A stretch of 64,000 nucleotides of DNA from Takakia lepidozioides (taxonomy: Eukaryota; Plantae; Bryophyta), in NCBI GenBank assembly GCA_030704615.1, contig CM060732.1, forward strand, positions 40,114,001 to 40,178,000, in the 5' to 3' direction. Below the pieces are notes generated by a model that was given only the letters and a program-made list of their open reading frames with translations, was not told the origin of the DNA and ran no database searches. Both the position numbers and the translations under genes were made by a program. Each line of letters starts with the position of its first letter. Position 1 is the stretch's first letter. Shown one piece after another: positions 10,473-22,440 of this stretch.

Positions 10473-13400
10473 TCAAGTGTCGCAGTCATGACAATCAGTG
10501 TCCACCTCCTGTGCTATGTCATCTACAAAGATTCTGGCCCCAACACCACGTGTTCTATGAAGGCCATCGCAAGGTGGACTCTGAGTGCCATGAACGGACA
10601 TGCTTGCTGCGAGTGCCTCCGCATAGACAGGTAGCACACAAGACCGAGGAGGATTGAAAACAAGTCCAAATAGGTGTGATAGCCCAGGAGGGCAAGTGGA
10701 AGCACGCGGACTCCTACACATGTCCACAAAATCCCATTTTTAACACAATGATGCAATGCACAAGTCCAACGAAGAGGATGTCTCCCATGTGCACTTTGCC
10801 TCAAGAACAGCGATTCTCGATATTGAAACAACAATGCAAGCATGCACAGGTTGAACTTACTCACAGGCAAAGTCGGAGTCCAGCTCCTTGTCAGAAGTCT
10901 CCTCTGTACCAGTATCAGCGGGACGGGGCTTCGGAAGGACCTGAGAAGTGTGTCCACCCAAACCCATCAGGAGGTTCTTGTAAATCTCAGCATCCCCTTC
11001 AATCCCAAAGACATGTCGCACACTGGCCTTGCAAGCATGGTACGAAGCACCTGCAGTGGAATAGAATGAAGTAAGCAGACATTGAAGACACATTCGGAAC
11101 GGTGGAAAGTGCTGAAAGTGCAAGCTCAATCAAACCTCATGAAATGTGAATGTTGAAGAGACGAACCTGTGCCCATCGACAAATCCAGAACTCTGGCGTC
11201 TGTGTAGGTGCAGCACTCCACAATCGTTTGAATGAAAGCCGGGCTCCTCTCCCTCGCCCCTCTCCAAGGAACCCCATTCCCCCTTCGCAAGCACACGTTG
11301 CTGTCGACGTAGTTGTGATGCATGTCATCCGTGGGAGGATCTGTCCTGTCATCTATGAACTTGCCCCCGTGAGTGATGGCAAACTCCGTAATGCCGGCCG
11401 GAGTCGTTGGTGGATGCACCCGGACGAGACAAACAGCTTCAAACAGACGAGTCTGCGAACATGACATCCACAAGGAACTAAGAACCAAAATAAAATCGGG
11501 CCCCTACATATGAGTTCGAGCGACCTATACAACACAATCCCAGAACAAAAAAGAAGAGGAAGAAGAAGGGAAACTCACCATCTCTCCCGGACGATCCCCC
11601 TTCGTAAGGTACATGCTGTTCACACAATTCCATGTCTTCACGACTCTCATGCCCGAGGCTTTCAAATAGCTGGCAAGGGCACGGCGACACCAAACATCGA
11701 TGGACTGGATGAGAACCAAAACACCTGCATCGGAAAGGAAGAAGTTGCAAAAGGAAAAAACCCACCGCCAGTAGCGCTCATCAAATGCATTCCAACCCGG
11801 ACAAGCACCCGATGGAGGGATATCCGGGACTGCCAACCCATCAGGGATGTCCAAGATGATGAGTTCAGCTGCATATGGCTTCTCCTTCCCGTTCACCCAC
11901 GATTTGGTCATTTTAGCCTGCAAACAAAAATACAATGGAATTCTGACAAGTTTATAAACGATCCATGCCCACAGCAGACAAAGAGAGCAGAAGCCACAGA
12001 ACCCAAAGAGAACACGCACCGTGCTGAGGAACTCGACAATCCTCTCCCACACTGGTGATGGCTCGCCCTTGTAATCAGATTTCTTCGACTCCATCATGGC
12101 AAGGAACCCGACGTTGGCAATCTCCAACCTGGTTGGACGAATGACCCTCGTGGGATGTTCCACTGCATGGTACGGGTCCTTGGGATCAACCACCCCCTTG
12201 TTTTTTCTCCCGGATCCCTACCATGCGGTGGAGTCTGCTGGACATGCTCCACAGGGCCAATAGCTGCAACACTTCCCTGCCCTTGTGCCACCTTCCCTCT
12301 ACCCCTTCCCTTCCCCACAACACCAGCAACATCTTTTCCCTTTGCCTTTCTTCCTCTACCCGGGGTATCCTGAGCGGGAGGCTCCTTCTCTGCAAGAGTC
12401 CTCAGATTACGCTCATGAATGTCGAGGTCCGCTGCTGCGGCAGTGGCTGCAATACGGTCATTCTCTCTCCTCAAAGACAACTCTACAGCTGGGGTCTCTG
12501 AAGGAGGGCAATCCAAATACCAACCACAAGAAGAAAGATGGTCTGGGCCCCAGTCATGCAAGATCCCAGCAGTGAACATGGTCTGGTTGCCAGCAGGGAC
12601 AAGCCAAAGGTCCACGAAATCTGGATGTTTGTCCAAGCAATTCTCTTCCAAGAGAACAAACTTAATGTACCTGCAGGAACAGACACAGCCTCATTTTCCA
12701 ATGCACATATTGTGTCCCAGCTTTTTCAACACACCAGGAAGACCCCCTTAAACAGTATGCCACACAACACATTGCAACCACAACAGAAGTAAAGAGTGCA
12801 AGGGTGTGCACCTGTAAAGGCATCGTTTCCAGGCTTCCTCTCCTTTTTTCCTGCTGGTCAAGCTCATTTGTTCGACTGATGCCACCCTCCTTGCTGAACT
12901 CTCTAAAGAAACCAGAGTGCCACACTGTGGCTCTCCATTTCCTCATGTAAGCTTCGAAGGAGACCTTCGGAGCTGTCATAGTGATGCCATAGTCAGCCAG
13001 CTGAGTATGCAGAACCGATCGGGCCCTTTCTTCCAACTGCAAAACAATTGAAATGGAAGAATGAACCCAAAAACAGTCACAGCGAATGTAAGAGGCAATG
13101 GGAAGAGAAGGACAGGAAAGAGAAAAGAAAGTGAGATACGAGAGGACATCACACCTGGCTCCAGTAAGTGGCCTTGTGAAGCCAGGTGTCCAGCACATTG
13201 TCACTGACAGGAACGACACGCTGGGTCTTCTTCTCTTTCTCTGGCCTTGGGAACATGTGGGTATCCCTAACTGTGGGATCGGAGTTCCATATCTGTAGCC
13301 ACTTCACCTTCTGTTCAGAAGACACGACGGCGGTAGACAACCTGTGCAACTTCTCCTGGGCCATCTCCGGCTTGCCTGGCTTGTTATAATGGTTTTTTAT

Positions 13401-14312
13401 CTCCAGGAGAAACTGCGGCCCGAATGATGGGTCGGCCATTCTCAACTGCTTCACAAAAGCACTCATTATTGTCCTTCTTGTAGCGTTCATCTCCTTCTGG
13501 ATGTGACTTTCAACCCCCTTTGCTGTCCTTCTCTCCTCAGGGGTAGAGCTGTAGTATTCCAGTTTGCCACGCTCCCCTGTATCTGCAATGTCTTGCTGCA
13601 AGGGAATGCAAGAGAGTTGCATCAATCCAAGGTCAAGGGAGACAGACAGAAACAAACATGTGGAAGCAGGAATATGGAAAGGCCAGATGAAGGAAGATGT
13701 ATCTCACCGTGTACATGTACTCCATGAAACCCTCACGGGTCAACGAGTACCATGTTTCCGAAGTCTTGGAGCTTTCGCATTTCTTATACATCTCTGCCGA
13801 AAGGATGGTCTTGAAGTTGGTCAAGGGCATCTGCCCGATCCTTTGTATCCTATACAGTGTGTGAACCAGACTCGTTTTGACATGCGATGTCTCCGTCCCT
13901 CTGCAAAATGATATCTGAATTTCAGAATGTAATTCAAGGACTTGAATCAAGGAAGAACGGAACCAGAAGTGCAACATGTACAATGAGAAACCAACCTGTT
14001 CACATCATTCATTGCCGTCAGAAGACCCATCATGTTGTTGTCACAATCAAGCACCATCGATCGAACAGAGTAATGCCACTCTTCCTCCTGTGAGTGCAGC
14101 CTCCCAATGACAGCCATCCATGCAAGCAACCGGTGGTTGCCATCCCAAACGTGAAACATCTTCCCCGAGAATACCTGGGTGGAAGGTTTCCTGGAGAGAA
14201 GAAGTTCGAAGGATTCGTTCACCTGTCTCCAAATGGGGTCCCAGGAGTCGACGATTGACTCATCCACAAGGAGCTCGTTACCTCTAGAATCCCTAGTAGA
14301 AACGTAAAAGAC
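10473..14312 (-). pseudogene. ParB/Srx-like + beta-class amino-DNA-methyltransferase-like gene, copy 2 (5'-truncated)
   Basis: Exons at about 14312-13996, 13900-13708, 13595-13155, 13036-12812, 12670-12020, 11917-11579, 11452-11167, 11050-~10860 and possibly ~10720-10473, with GT-AG borders. KMFHVWDGNHRLLAW; ELIILDIPDG...WNAFD..YW...FLSDAGVLVLI; WRGARERSPAFIQTIVECCTYTDARVLDLSMGT|GASYHACKASVRHVFGIEGDAEIY (motif X-I-II order of beta-class MTases). Frameshifts near 12845 and 12200. Confidence 0.8.
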
Positions 14313-16848
14313 TCAAGACCATCCTTTCGGCAGAGATGTATAAGAAATGCGAAAGCTCCAAGACTTCGGAAACATGGTACTCGTTGACCCGTGAGGCTTT
14401 CATGGAGTACATGTACACGGTGAGATACATCTTCCTTCATCTGGCCTTTCCATATTCCTGCTTCCACATGTTTGTTTCTGTCTGTCTCCCTTGACCTTGG
14501 ATTGATGCAACTCTCTTGCATTCCCTTGCAGCAAGACATTGCAGATGCAGGGGAGCGTGGCAAACTGGAATACTATAGCTCTACCCCTGAGGAGAGAAGG
14601 ACAGCAAAGGGGGTTGAAAGTCACATCCAGAAGGAGATGAACGCTACAAGAAGGACAATAATGAGTGCTTTTGTGAAGCAGTTGAGAATGGCCGACCCAT
14701 CATTCGGGCCGCAGTTTCTCCTGGAGATAAAAAAACCATTATAACAAGCCAGGCAAGCCGGAGATGGCCCAGGAGAAGTTGCACAGGTTGTCTACCGCCG
14801 TCGTGTCTTCTGAACAGAAGGTGAAGTGGCTACAGATATGGAACTCCGATCCCACAGTTAGGGATACCCACATGTTCCCAAGGCCAGAGAAAGAGAAGAA
14901 GACCCAGCGTGTCGTTCCTGTCAGTGACAATGTGCTGGACACCTGGCTTCACAAGGCCACTTACTGGAGCCAGGTGTGTTGTCCTCTCGTATCTCACTTT
15001 CTTTTCTCTTTTCCTGTCCTTCTCTTCCCATTGCCTCTTACATTCGCTGTGACTGTTTTTGGGTTCATTCTTCCATTTCAATTGTTTTGCAGTTGGAAGA
15101 AAGGGCCCGATCGGTTCTGCATACTCAGCTGGCTGACTATGGCATCACTATGACAGCTCCGAAGGTCTCCTTCGAAGCTTACATGAGGAAATGGAGAGCC
15201 ACAGTGTGGCACTCTGGTTTCTTTAGAGAGTTCAGCAAGGAGGGTGGCATCAGTCGAACAAATGAGCTTGACCAGCAGGAAAAAGGAGAGGAAGCCTGGA
15301 AACGATGCCTTTACAGGTGCACACCCTTGCACTCTTTACTTCTGTTGTGGTTGCAATGTGTTGTGTGGCATACTGTTTAAGGGGGTCTTCCTGGTGTGTT
15401 GAAAAAGCTGGGACACAATATGTGCATTGGAAAATGAGGCTGTGTCTGTTCCTGCAGGTACATTAAGTTTGTTCTCTTGGAAGAGAATTGCTTGGACAAA
15501 CATCCAGATTTCGTGGACCTTTGGCTTGTCCCTGCTGGCAACCAGACCATGTTCACTGCTGGGATCTTGCATGACTGGGGCCCAGACCATCTTTCTTCTT
15601 GTGGTTGGTATTTGGATTGCCCTCCTTCAGAGACCCCAACTGTAGAGTTGTCTTTGAGGAGAGAGAATGACCGTATTGCAGCCACTGCCGCAGCAGCGGA
15701 CCTCGACATTCATGAGCGTAATCTGAGGACTCTTGCAGAGAAGGAGCCTCCCGCTCAGGATACCCCGGGTAGAGGAAGAAAGGCAAAGGGAAAAGATGTT
15801 GCTGGTGTTGTGGGGAAGGGAAGGGGTAGAGGGAAGGTGGCACAAGGGCAGGGAAGTGTTGCAGCTATTGGCCCTGTGGAGCATGTCCAGCAGACTCCAC
15901 CGCATGGTAGGGATCCGGGAGAAAAAACAAGGGGGTGGTTGATCCCAAGGACCCGTACCATGCAGTGGAACATCCCACGAGGGTCATTCGTCCAACCAGG
16001 TTGGAGATTGCCAACGTCGGGTTCCTTGCCATGATGGAGTCGAAGAAATCTGATTACAAGGGCGAGCCATCACCAGTGTGGGAGAGGATTGTCGAGTTCC
16101 TCAGCACGGTGCGTGTTCTCTTTGGGTTCTGTGGCTTCTGCTCTCTTTGTCTGCTGTGGGCATGGATCGTTTATAAACTTGTCAGAATTCCATTGTATTT
16201 TTGTTTGCAGGCTAAAATGACCAAATCGTGGGTGAACGGGAAGGAGAAGCCATATGCAGCTGAACTCATCATCTTGGACATCCCTGATGGGTTGGCAGTC
16301 CGGATATCCCTCCATCGGGTGCTTGTCCGGGTTGGAATGCATTTGATGAGCGCTACTGGCGGTGGGTTTTTTCCTTTTGCAACTTCTTCCTTTCCGATGC
16401 AGGTGTTTTGGTTCTCATCCAGTCCATCGATGTTCGGTGTCGCCGTGCCCTTGCCAGCTATTTGAAAGCCTCGGGCATGAGAGTCGTGAAGACATGGAAT
16501 TGTGTGAACAACATGTATCTTACGAAGGGGGATCGTCCGGGAGAGATGGTGAGTTTCCCTTCTTCTTCCTCTTCTTTTTTGTTCTGGGATTGTGTTGTAT
16601 AGGTCGCTCGAACTCATATGTAGGGGCCCAATTTTATTTTGGTTCTTAGTTCCTTGTGGATGTCATGTTCGCAGACTCGTCTGTTTGAAGCTGTTTGTCT
16701 CGTCCGGGTGCATCCACCAACGACTCCGGCCGGCATTACGGAGTTTGCCATCACTCACGGGGGCAATTTCATAGATGACAGGACAGATCCTCCCACGGAT
16801 GACATGCATCACAACTACGTCGACAGCAACGTGTGCTTGCGAAGGGGG
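14313..16848 (+). repeat. Inverted duplicate arm of ~11279-13814 (partial ParB-MTase exons on + strand)
   Basis: The ORF track mirrors itself (12094..12651- matches 15477..16034+; 11525..12193- matches 15935..+). Only scattered substitutions and single-base indels by eye. Confidence 0.92.
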
Positions 16849-16976
16849 CTCGGAAATAGGTGACATCCGCGGAAATAGGCACTGTTTGCATGCTGACGTG
16901 GCGTGAGCCTGTGCTGGGCTCACGCTTTCCTGGGCTCACAGGCTCACGCCTCCAGGCTCACGGAATAGCACCCCCC

Positions 16977-17760
16977 GTAGAATTGGAATCCATCTCCAAT
17001 TCTGAACCACATATGCATGAACAGATAACCAACTTTGATTATCAATGGTCGTAACCTCATCAGCACTTATGGAGATGAACTTAGAAGCCCCCACAGCTTC
17101 TGCAGTGACTCTCAAAACAACCCCGTGCATGGAATCAGCCATTTTCCACCCTAAACAGTCAGACCAGTGCTTAGCAGGATTGTGAGGTACCTTCAAGAAT
17201 GAAAACAGACCTTGCATGGCCTCATAATCTGTCTTAGGACGACCTTGAGCAATGAGGTGGAAAACAAGGGCAAACTGGACAAGTTTTTTTTATTCATATT
17301 CACAGTTATACCCTGGTGTACCACTGAATAACGACCTGCAGCAGCAAAAAGTCTTTCATTTTGCAGATGTACATTAATTTTCAGGAGAGTAATGATGTCC
17401 TACTGCGACACCAGGCATGACCACATGAGCCTTGCGTCGACTTGCATGCTTCCACAATGAATCTAGTTTAGGAACTACTAACTTCTCTTGACCCTCAATG
17501 TGTGTGCAAACTTTGCACCGTACCCCATGAATCTTTCCATCTGCCCCAACAACAGATTCAGCCTAGGGTAGTTTGGCAGCCCAACTATCCTGAAAATGGC
17601 GGTTCTTGTTGTAGACCTTAACTCGTTTTCTTGCCACCTCAAGGGAGGCTTGAGCCACTGCTGGATCCAAAAACACGGCCTCAGGCTCCGGACAATCCCA
17701 AACATTACTGGACGAAACAACATCTGTTGCATGAATTCTGTCGCTAAAAAAATACTTATA
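16977..17760 (-). pseudogene. hAT (ZNF862-like) transposase N-terminal fragment, truncated by the element-2 terminus
   Basis: RKRVKVYNKNRHFQDSWAAKLP*AE...VRCKVCTHIEG..KL..PKLDSLWKH...VQFALVFHLIAQGRPKTDYEAM..LFSFLKVP..P.KHWSD..GW.MA..MH...FISISADEVTTIDNQSWLSVH; contains the first catalytic Asp motif (S.DE.T). Confidence 0.85.
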
Positions 17761-19217
17761 TTTGAAGTTGATCGGCACTCTTAGGAGAGCCATGAGACAC
17801 AGACAACAGCCACGAAAAGTAGATCTCACAAAGACAAAGCAGCATATGCACGAACCACAGAAATTCTCAAACTTGCTCACAACATGCAATGAATCAAAGA
17901 GTGAGATGAGGCTCTTCCCTCCTCCAATGTCTTGTATAGTAGTGTCCTCCATCACCATGACGCCTCGATCCTGACCATGGCATCTCCCCGAGCATACCAA
18001 CATGTATCACAGTAAAGGAGTTCTCGACGCATTGTGGCTCTTTCCATTACTTCGAGCACGCAATCTGTACAGTTGTCGCCTTAGGTCTATTCAATCGCAG
18101 CCTTCGCCTTAGCTCTCTTCAATCGCAGCCTTGAGTGATTACTGATACTAACATAAAGTGCCTGCGAAGCATGCTCTGCAATTTGCAAGAGCCCTAAGGC
18201 CTAAGGAGAAGGGAAAAAAAAATAAAAGAATGAAGAAGATGTGTGTTTTAGGGTCGTAAACTTGCTGACATGTGTCCTTTCATCCCAATAAAAATGAATA
18301 AGTGACATTCTCATTCGTTTTTGTAAACCTCTGCCACCTTTTTGATTATCATCCTCCTCTACAGTCACCTTTCCTTTTTCATATTTAGGAACTTTATTGG
18401 TTAGGAGTTGGACACCAAGTCGGATGGCTACCAAGGGAGTTCTCTACCACTAAGCTACCCATATACATGTTACAATTTCATCACTACAAAGTCTATCTAT
18501 CTAGACTATACTGACCCATATATATGTATATATATATATATATACTAAAATGGGCAGCATAGCTGGCTCCACGTCCTCCCGCCCGCTTGGAACTGGGTGA
18601 TTAAAACACCATGTGGTCGGTGAGATATGGCTCTTCTGTTGTAAATTGCCTTCATTCAATATGGCGCCATGTGCCTCCCTCTTGCGGCCCCTCCGGTGAA
18701 TGGTGGGCCCACCACATCAGCTTTTGGCGAAAAGTACTTCGCATTTTTCAGCCTCATTTCCCTTTGCCCCTGTCGCCAAGACTCGCGCAAGGTCGAAATC
18801 TGGCGATTATTGGCCACTAAAAGAATGGCTGCAGGCTGGAATGTATGCAGATGCCATTCGCTTGAAGGAGCTTGCCTTCTGATCAGTAACAGGTAATTGA
18901 AGTGGTTTTGGGAAAGGGTTTTATGGTTCTCAAATCCCTTTTTGTGATCTATAGTGGAGGGGAACTATTGAGGGAGCCATCTCCAGTTCTTGTCATAAAT
19001 TTGCTCAGAATTCTCGCATTGTGTTGAATCTCTGATCCAGGGAATTTTTTTTGTTTTGCGTCTGGAACAGATGCAAGGATTACTGGGAAGCGCGGTTGTT
19101 AAAGGAGCGCAAGGAGCAGCTGCAAGAAGCAAAAGAGTATTGGGACAAGCATTAGCAGGCCTTAATGGGTATTTGAACATATAATAATGTTTTTTCAATT
19201 TTCAACTTCATTCCAAA

Positions 19218-19800
19218 GTTTTTTTTTTTTTTTTTTTTTTTTGAACAGGGGTAGTAGCCCTGGAAATATATTAGTGGATAATGGGGTACAAAAAAATAAC
19301 CTCTGGGGGCCGGTTTAGTGTCAACTATCATTATAACTTACACTGTATTGAGGACGAAGATTAAGTTTGTATATCATCCAACTATTTACAGGGCATGTAG
19401 GCTCTACCCACAGCCTATCAAGGATCCAATGTACACTGCTGGTATCCTCTACCATCTGGCAAGGCACAAACACCCAACCACTGGGCTGCCCGCTCAAATT
19501 AATGCATCGAACATGTCACAACTCCAGTCTAAGTGCCAACTTTGAAACCCTCGATATCTGTAAATATTTTCAATTTCTCAACCAGCGTGTCAATGCACAA
19601 TAGGCTTCCAAACTGCAACATTTGTGACCAGCAAACCAGGTTGTGTTGCTTAAGGAAGCAAAGCCTTCAATAATCTAATACACTTCGCCCACTCTCTTGT
19701 ATAGTCAGGTAGAAATATCTGTAATTCAGATATGATACATTCTATCCACCCAAGTGAGGTAATCTTGAAGAGACACCTTGGCCCACGAATTCATGCTTCA
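19218..19800 (-). mobile_element. Possible 5'-truncated LINE 3' end (poly-A tail on minus strand)
   Basis: About 25-nt T-run followed by degenerate sequence; no recognisable coding motif. Confidence 0.3.
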
Positions 19801-20431
19801 AGCATGATCAGCCAGTCTGTGAGAATGACTGCAAGAAGGAAGGAAATCAAAGGAAGGAAAGGAAACAAGAGAATTTCTTGTAACTAAACTGTACAGCCCA
19901 CAAGTGCTTTGCTTCTTTGCTACGTTACAGGAGCGGATTTCCTTTCTCTCTCTGTTATTTTGTCTGTGGCCTTCTGGGGTGGAGGATGGTGCACAACCTG
20001 TATGCGAACATCAAAGTTATGTTATGATCGTGGATGAAGGTATAGAACAAAAACTTGATCTTGCTGGGCCAGAAGTCCATGTAACAATGAGGAACATCCC
20101 CCATGAGGGACTACCTTAAACCCCCGCCTTAAATGTTGTAAACATGGGAATCTTGACCTATCCTCCATGAGCACGCAAGAAGCCTGAAATTTCCTGAAAA
20201 TCCCCTGCAAAGGGCAACCACCAAGAACATCCCCTTTTGTCAAGTCACCTACGTGTGTGCGCGAAGGGCCACATCCCCTTTGTAAAATCACCTACATGGG
20301 GAAATTTCCCTGTGCGAAGGTCCGCCACCAAGGAGATAAGGAGATCCCCGTGTATTTGCAAGGAAACTGGCCCTTTTCCTGCAGCTTTCATACGGGATCT
20401 GCCAAATGATTGCTGTGTATCCACCGCAACT

Positions 20432-20868
20432 TTAAATACAGCTAGCCCGACAAAGAGGGCAAGATAATTGAGAACCAAGCCACATGTCGATGCACTCGAT
20501 ATGGAAGTGGTGGGTGCACTTGGGCATCGAGCGTACTTTATCATTCTCCTTGAAATCTTCCAAACAGATGGGGCACTCAGTCTCCTGCATGGTTTGGGAG
20601 TTGTAAGGGAAAGTGGGGATTGATTCCCGGATTGATTGCAGCTGAGCACTTTTCCTGATCTCCAGCGCACCAACATCTAAAACAACCTGCTGCTCAGCTC
20701 CAGTCGAAGCCCCCCTGGACCGTCATCAGCAAGACTTATTGCCGTTATACAAACTCCACAGAGCTGTTTACAAAGCCACAACGAAAACCAAGCCGTGACA
20801 ATCACAAGTGCAACAAATGGAAGCGAGACACTTCTACTATATAATTCAATTTCCTGACCACGCTCCAT
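20432..20868 (-). pseudogene. ATL-type RING-H2 E3 ligase paralogue A (TM + RING-H2), frameshifted
   Basis: MERGQ..LPFVALVIVTAWFSLWLC (TM), then after a frameshift near 20710 QVVLDVG...SIPTFPY...ECPICLEDFKENDKVRSMPKCTHHFHIECIDMWLGSQLSCPLCR (complete C3H2C3). Confidence 0.85.
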
Positions 20869-21584
20869 GAATGGAAGCTTCTTAATTCTTCACTATGCTA
20901 GCTACTAATTGATTCGTGCCTCTCAACTTGTAGTTTATTTCCAGCCCCAAGTCTCGATTTTTGAAGTGTAATCTTCTGCTGCACGAGAGAGACGAGAGAG
21001 ATGGTGAACATGTTGTTGGTGAGACTACTTAATAAGTAGTCTACATGTATGTCAAAAAGTAGTCCACTTTTATCTTACTTTTCTTTTAACTTCCAGGGGT
21101 TACTAATCTTTTGCCAGGCAGGACTTATATTTGGCGTCTGGGAAATTAGCGACGTGTCTTACAAGTTAGTCATGTTTGTAACTGAACACAATTCTCTCGG
21201 GGACAATCCTAATCTACGAGTATGAGTCATATCTGATTTGAAATGACGGGGGCATATTTCCTTTTCTTTGAAAAGATTTGGGTAGGCAATGTTACAGAGC
21301 AGAAGTGTGTGAAGCTTTGTGCTCAAGCTCTCCGTACTTGTACTTAAGGTGGTGAGATCCAGTCAGAGGGTAACGCTGGACCCAAAGGCTGCCCGTAGCT
21401 TGCGATGTTGTATGCATCAATAGAAGGTAACATGGTAATCAAACACTTTCTCCCCCTCCCCACCTTCTCTCCCGCCCATAGTTGCTAAGGAAGTGAGGGT
21501 ACTATGAGATATGATCTCCCAAGTCAAGTATGTACTTGGTTCAGTTCTGTCTCGGTCTTTAATCCTGGAGTCTCAAATTTTTAG

Positions 21585-21956
21585 TGGTGGGATGGACCAT
21601 GCCTCGCAGCCAAGGCACGGGAGAATCCAACAGTGAAGAAAATTGTAGATCGGCTGTGGGACCGCTTTGTGAGCGTCAGTGGCTCTGACCATCTTGGTGT
21701 GCAAGACCCTTACTGTGCCGTGTTGCTCGCTTACAAGTAATTGGCTTTCAAAATAGGGGCAGGCACTACCGTGGAGATTGTGTGTATTGGGGTGGTTCTT
21801 ACCAAGGATTATTTCACAGAAGGTTGTCAGATGGGATTGCTGCAGAAAGGTGACCTAATAGCTGTGTGGTCTACCTGTGTCAGTGACATCAACAAGAACC
21901 TCCCTGGTCCATTCCATGACCCTGCTACGAGGGAAGAGGTGGAGGCGATGCTGAAG
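21585..21956 (+). pseudogene. Unidentified exon-like fragment
   Basis: AG...GT-bounded frame WWDGPCLAAKARENPTVKKIVDRLWDRF...EEVEAMLK with one internal stop; family not recognised. Confidence 0.3.
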
Positions 21957-22440
21957 GTTTACCACACTTGTGTTACCTGCATCATGTTTAGCTTTGTTCA
22001 TGTATGAATCTGCAGCTTGTCATGGCTACTATCCTGTGAGAAAATTGGGCAACATCTGGCTGGGACGAAGTGAATTTGCACCCCAGACTGGAGAGGAAGG
22101 GGAACTCTCATGTTGTACAACAGGTAGAGCTTATCCCTCCCTTTGGCTTCGAAGCCACTTGGATTGACCATCATTTTGAAATCCCTAATTAATGCAGATT
22201 CAAACACTAGTGGACTTGAGCTACACCTTGGTCTATGTCAAAGAAGTTGGACTTCTGTCCGTTAACAGTGACACAGCTTTTGGTGTGAGCATACAAGTTG
22301 TGGACAACTCTCCACATCTTTCTCTTGATCCCACAAGACCAGAGGCGGAACCATAGGCCATCTCTCCACACTGTGTCATAAGCCTTTTTGACATCCAGGA
22401 AAAATACAGTGAAATAAACTCAAACCACCATGGTGGTAAT

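Larger units (their letters stand above)
9961..16976. mobile_element. Foldback derivative (element 2) of the MULE-like ParB-MTase element, bounded by 128-bp inverted termini
   Basis: 9961-10088 is the reverse complement of 16849-16976 (GGGGGGTGCTATTCCGTGAGCC...CACCTATTTCCGAG). Internal arms ~11279-13814 and 14313-16848 are inverted copies. No clear TSD. Confidence 0.85.

Noticed and set aside
2149-14312. Bacterial or phage contamination as the source of ParB-MTase
   Set aside because: Both copies have multiple GT-AG introns at equivalent positions and are interleaved with plant TEs and genes.
9951-16986. Target-site duplication around element 2
   Set aside because: Flanks GATCGCAATG and GTAGAATTGG show no convincing direct repeat.
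18600-19170. Small two-exon gene candidate (...DYWEARLLKERKEQLQEAKEYWDKH)
   Set aside because: No recognisable family and an in-frame stop in the putative first exon.
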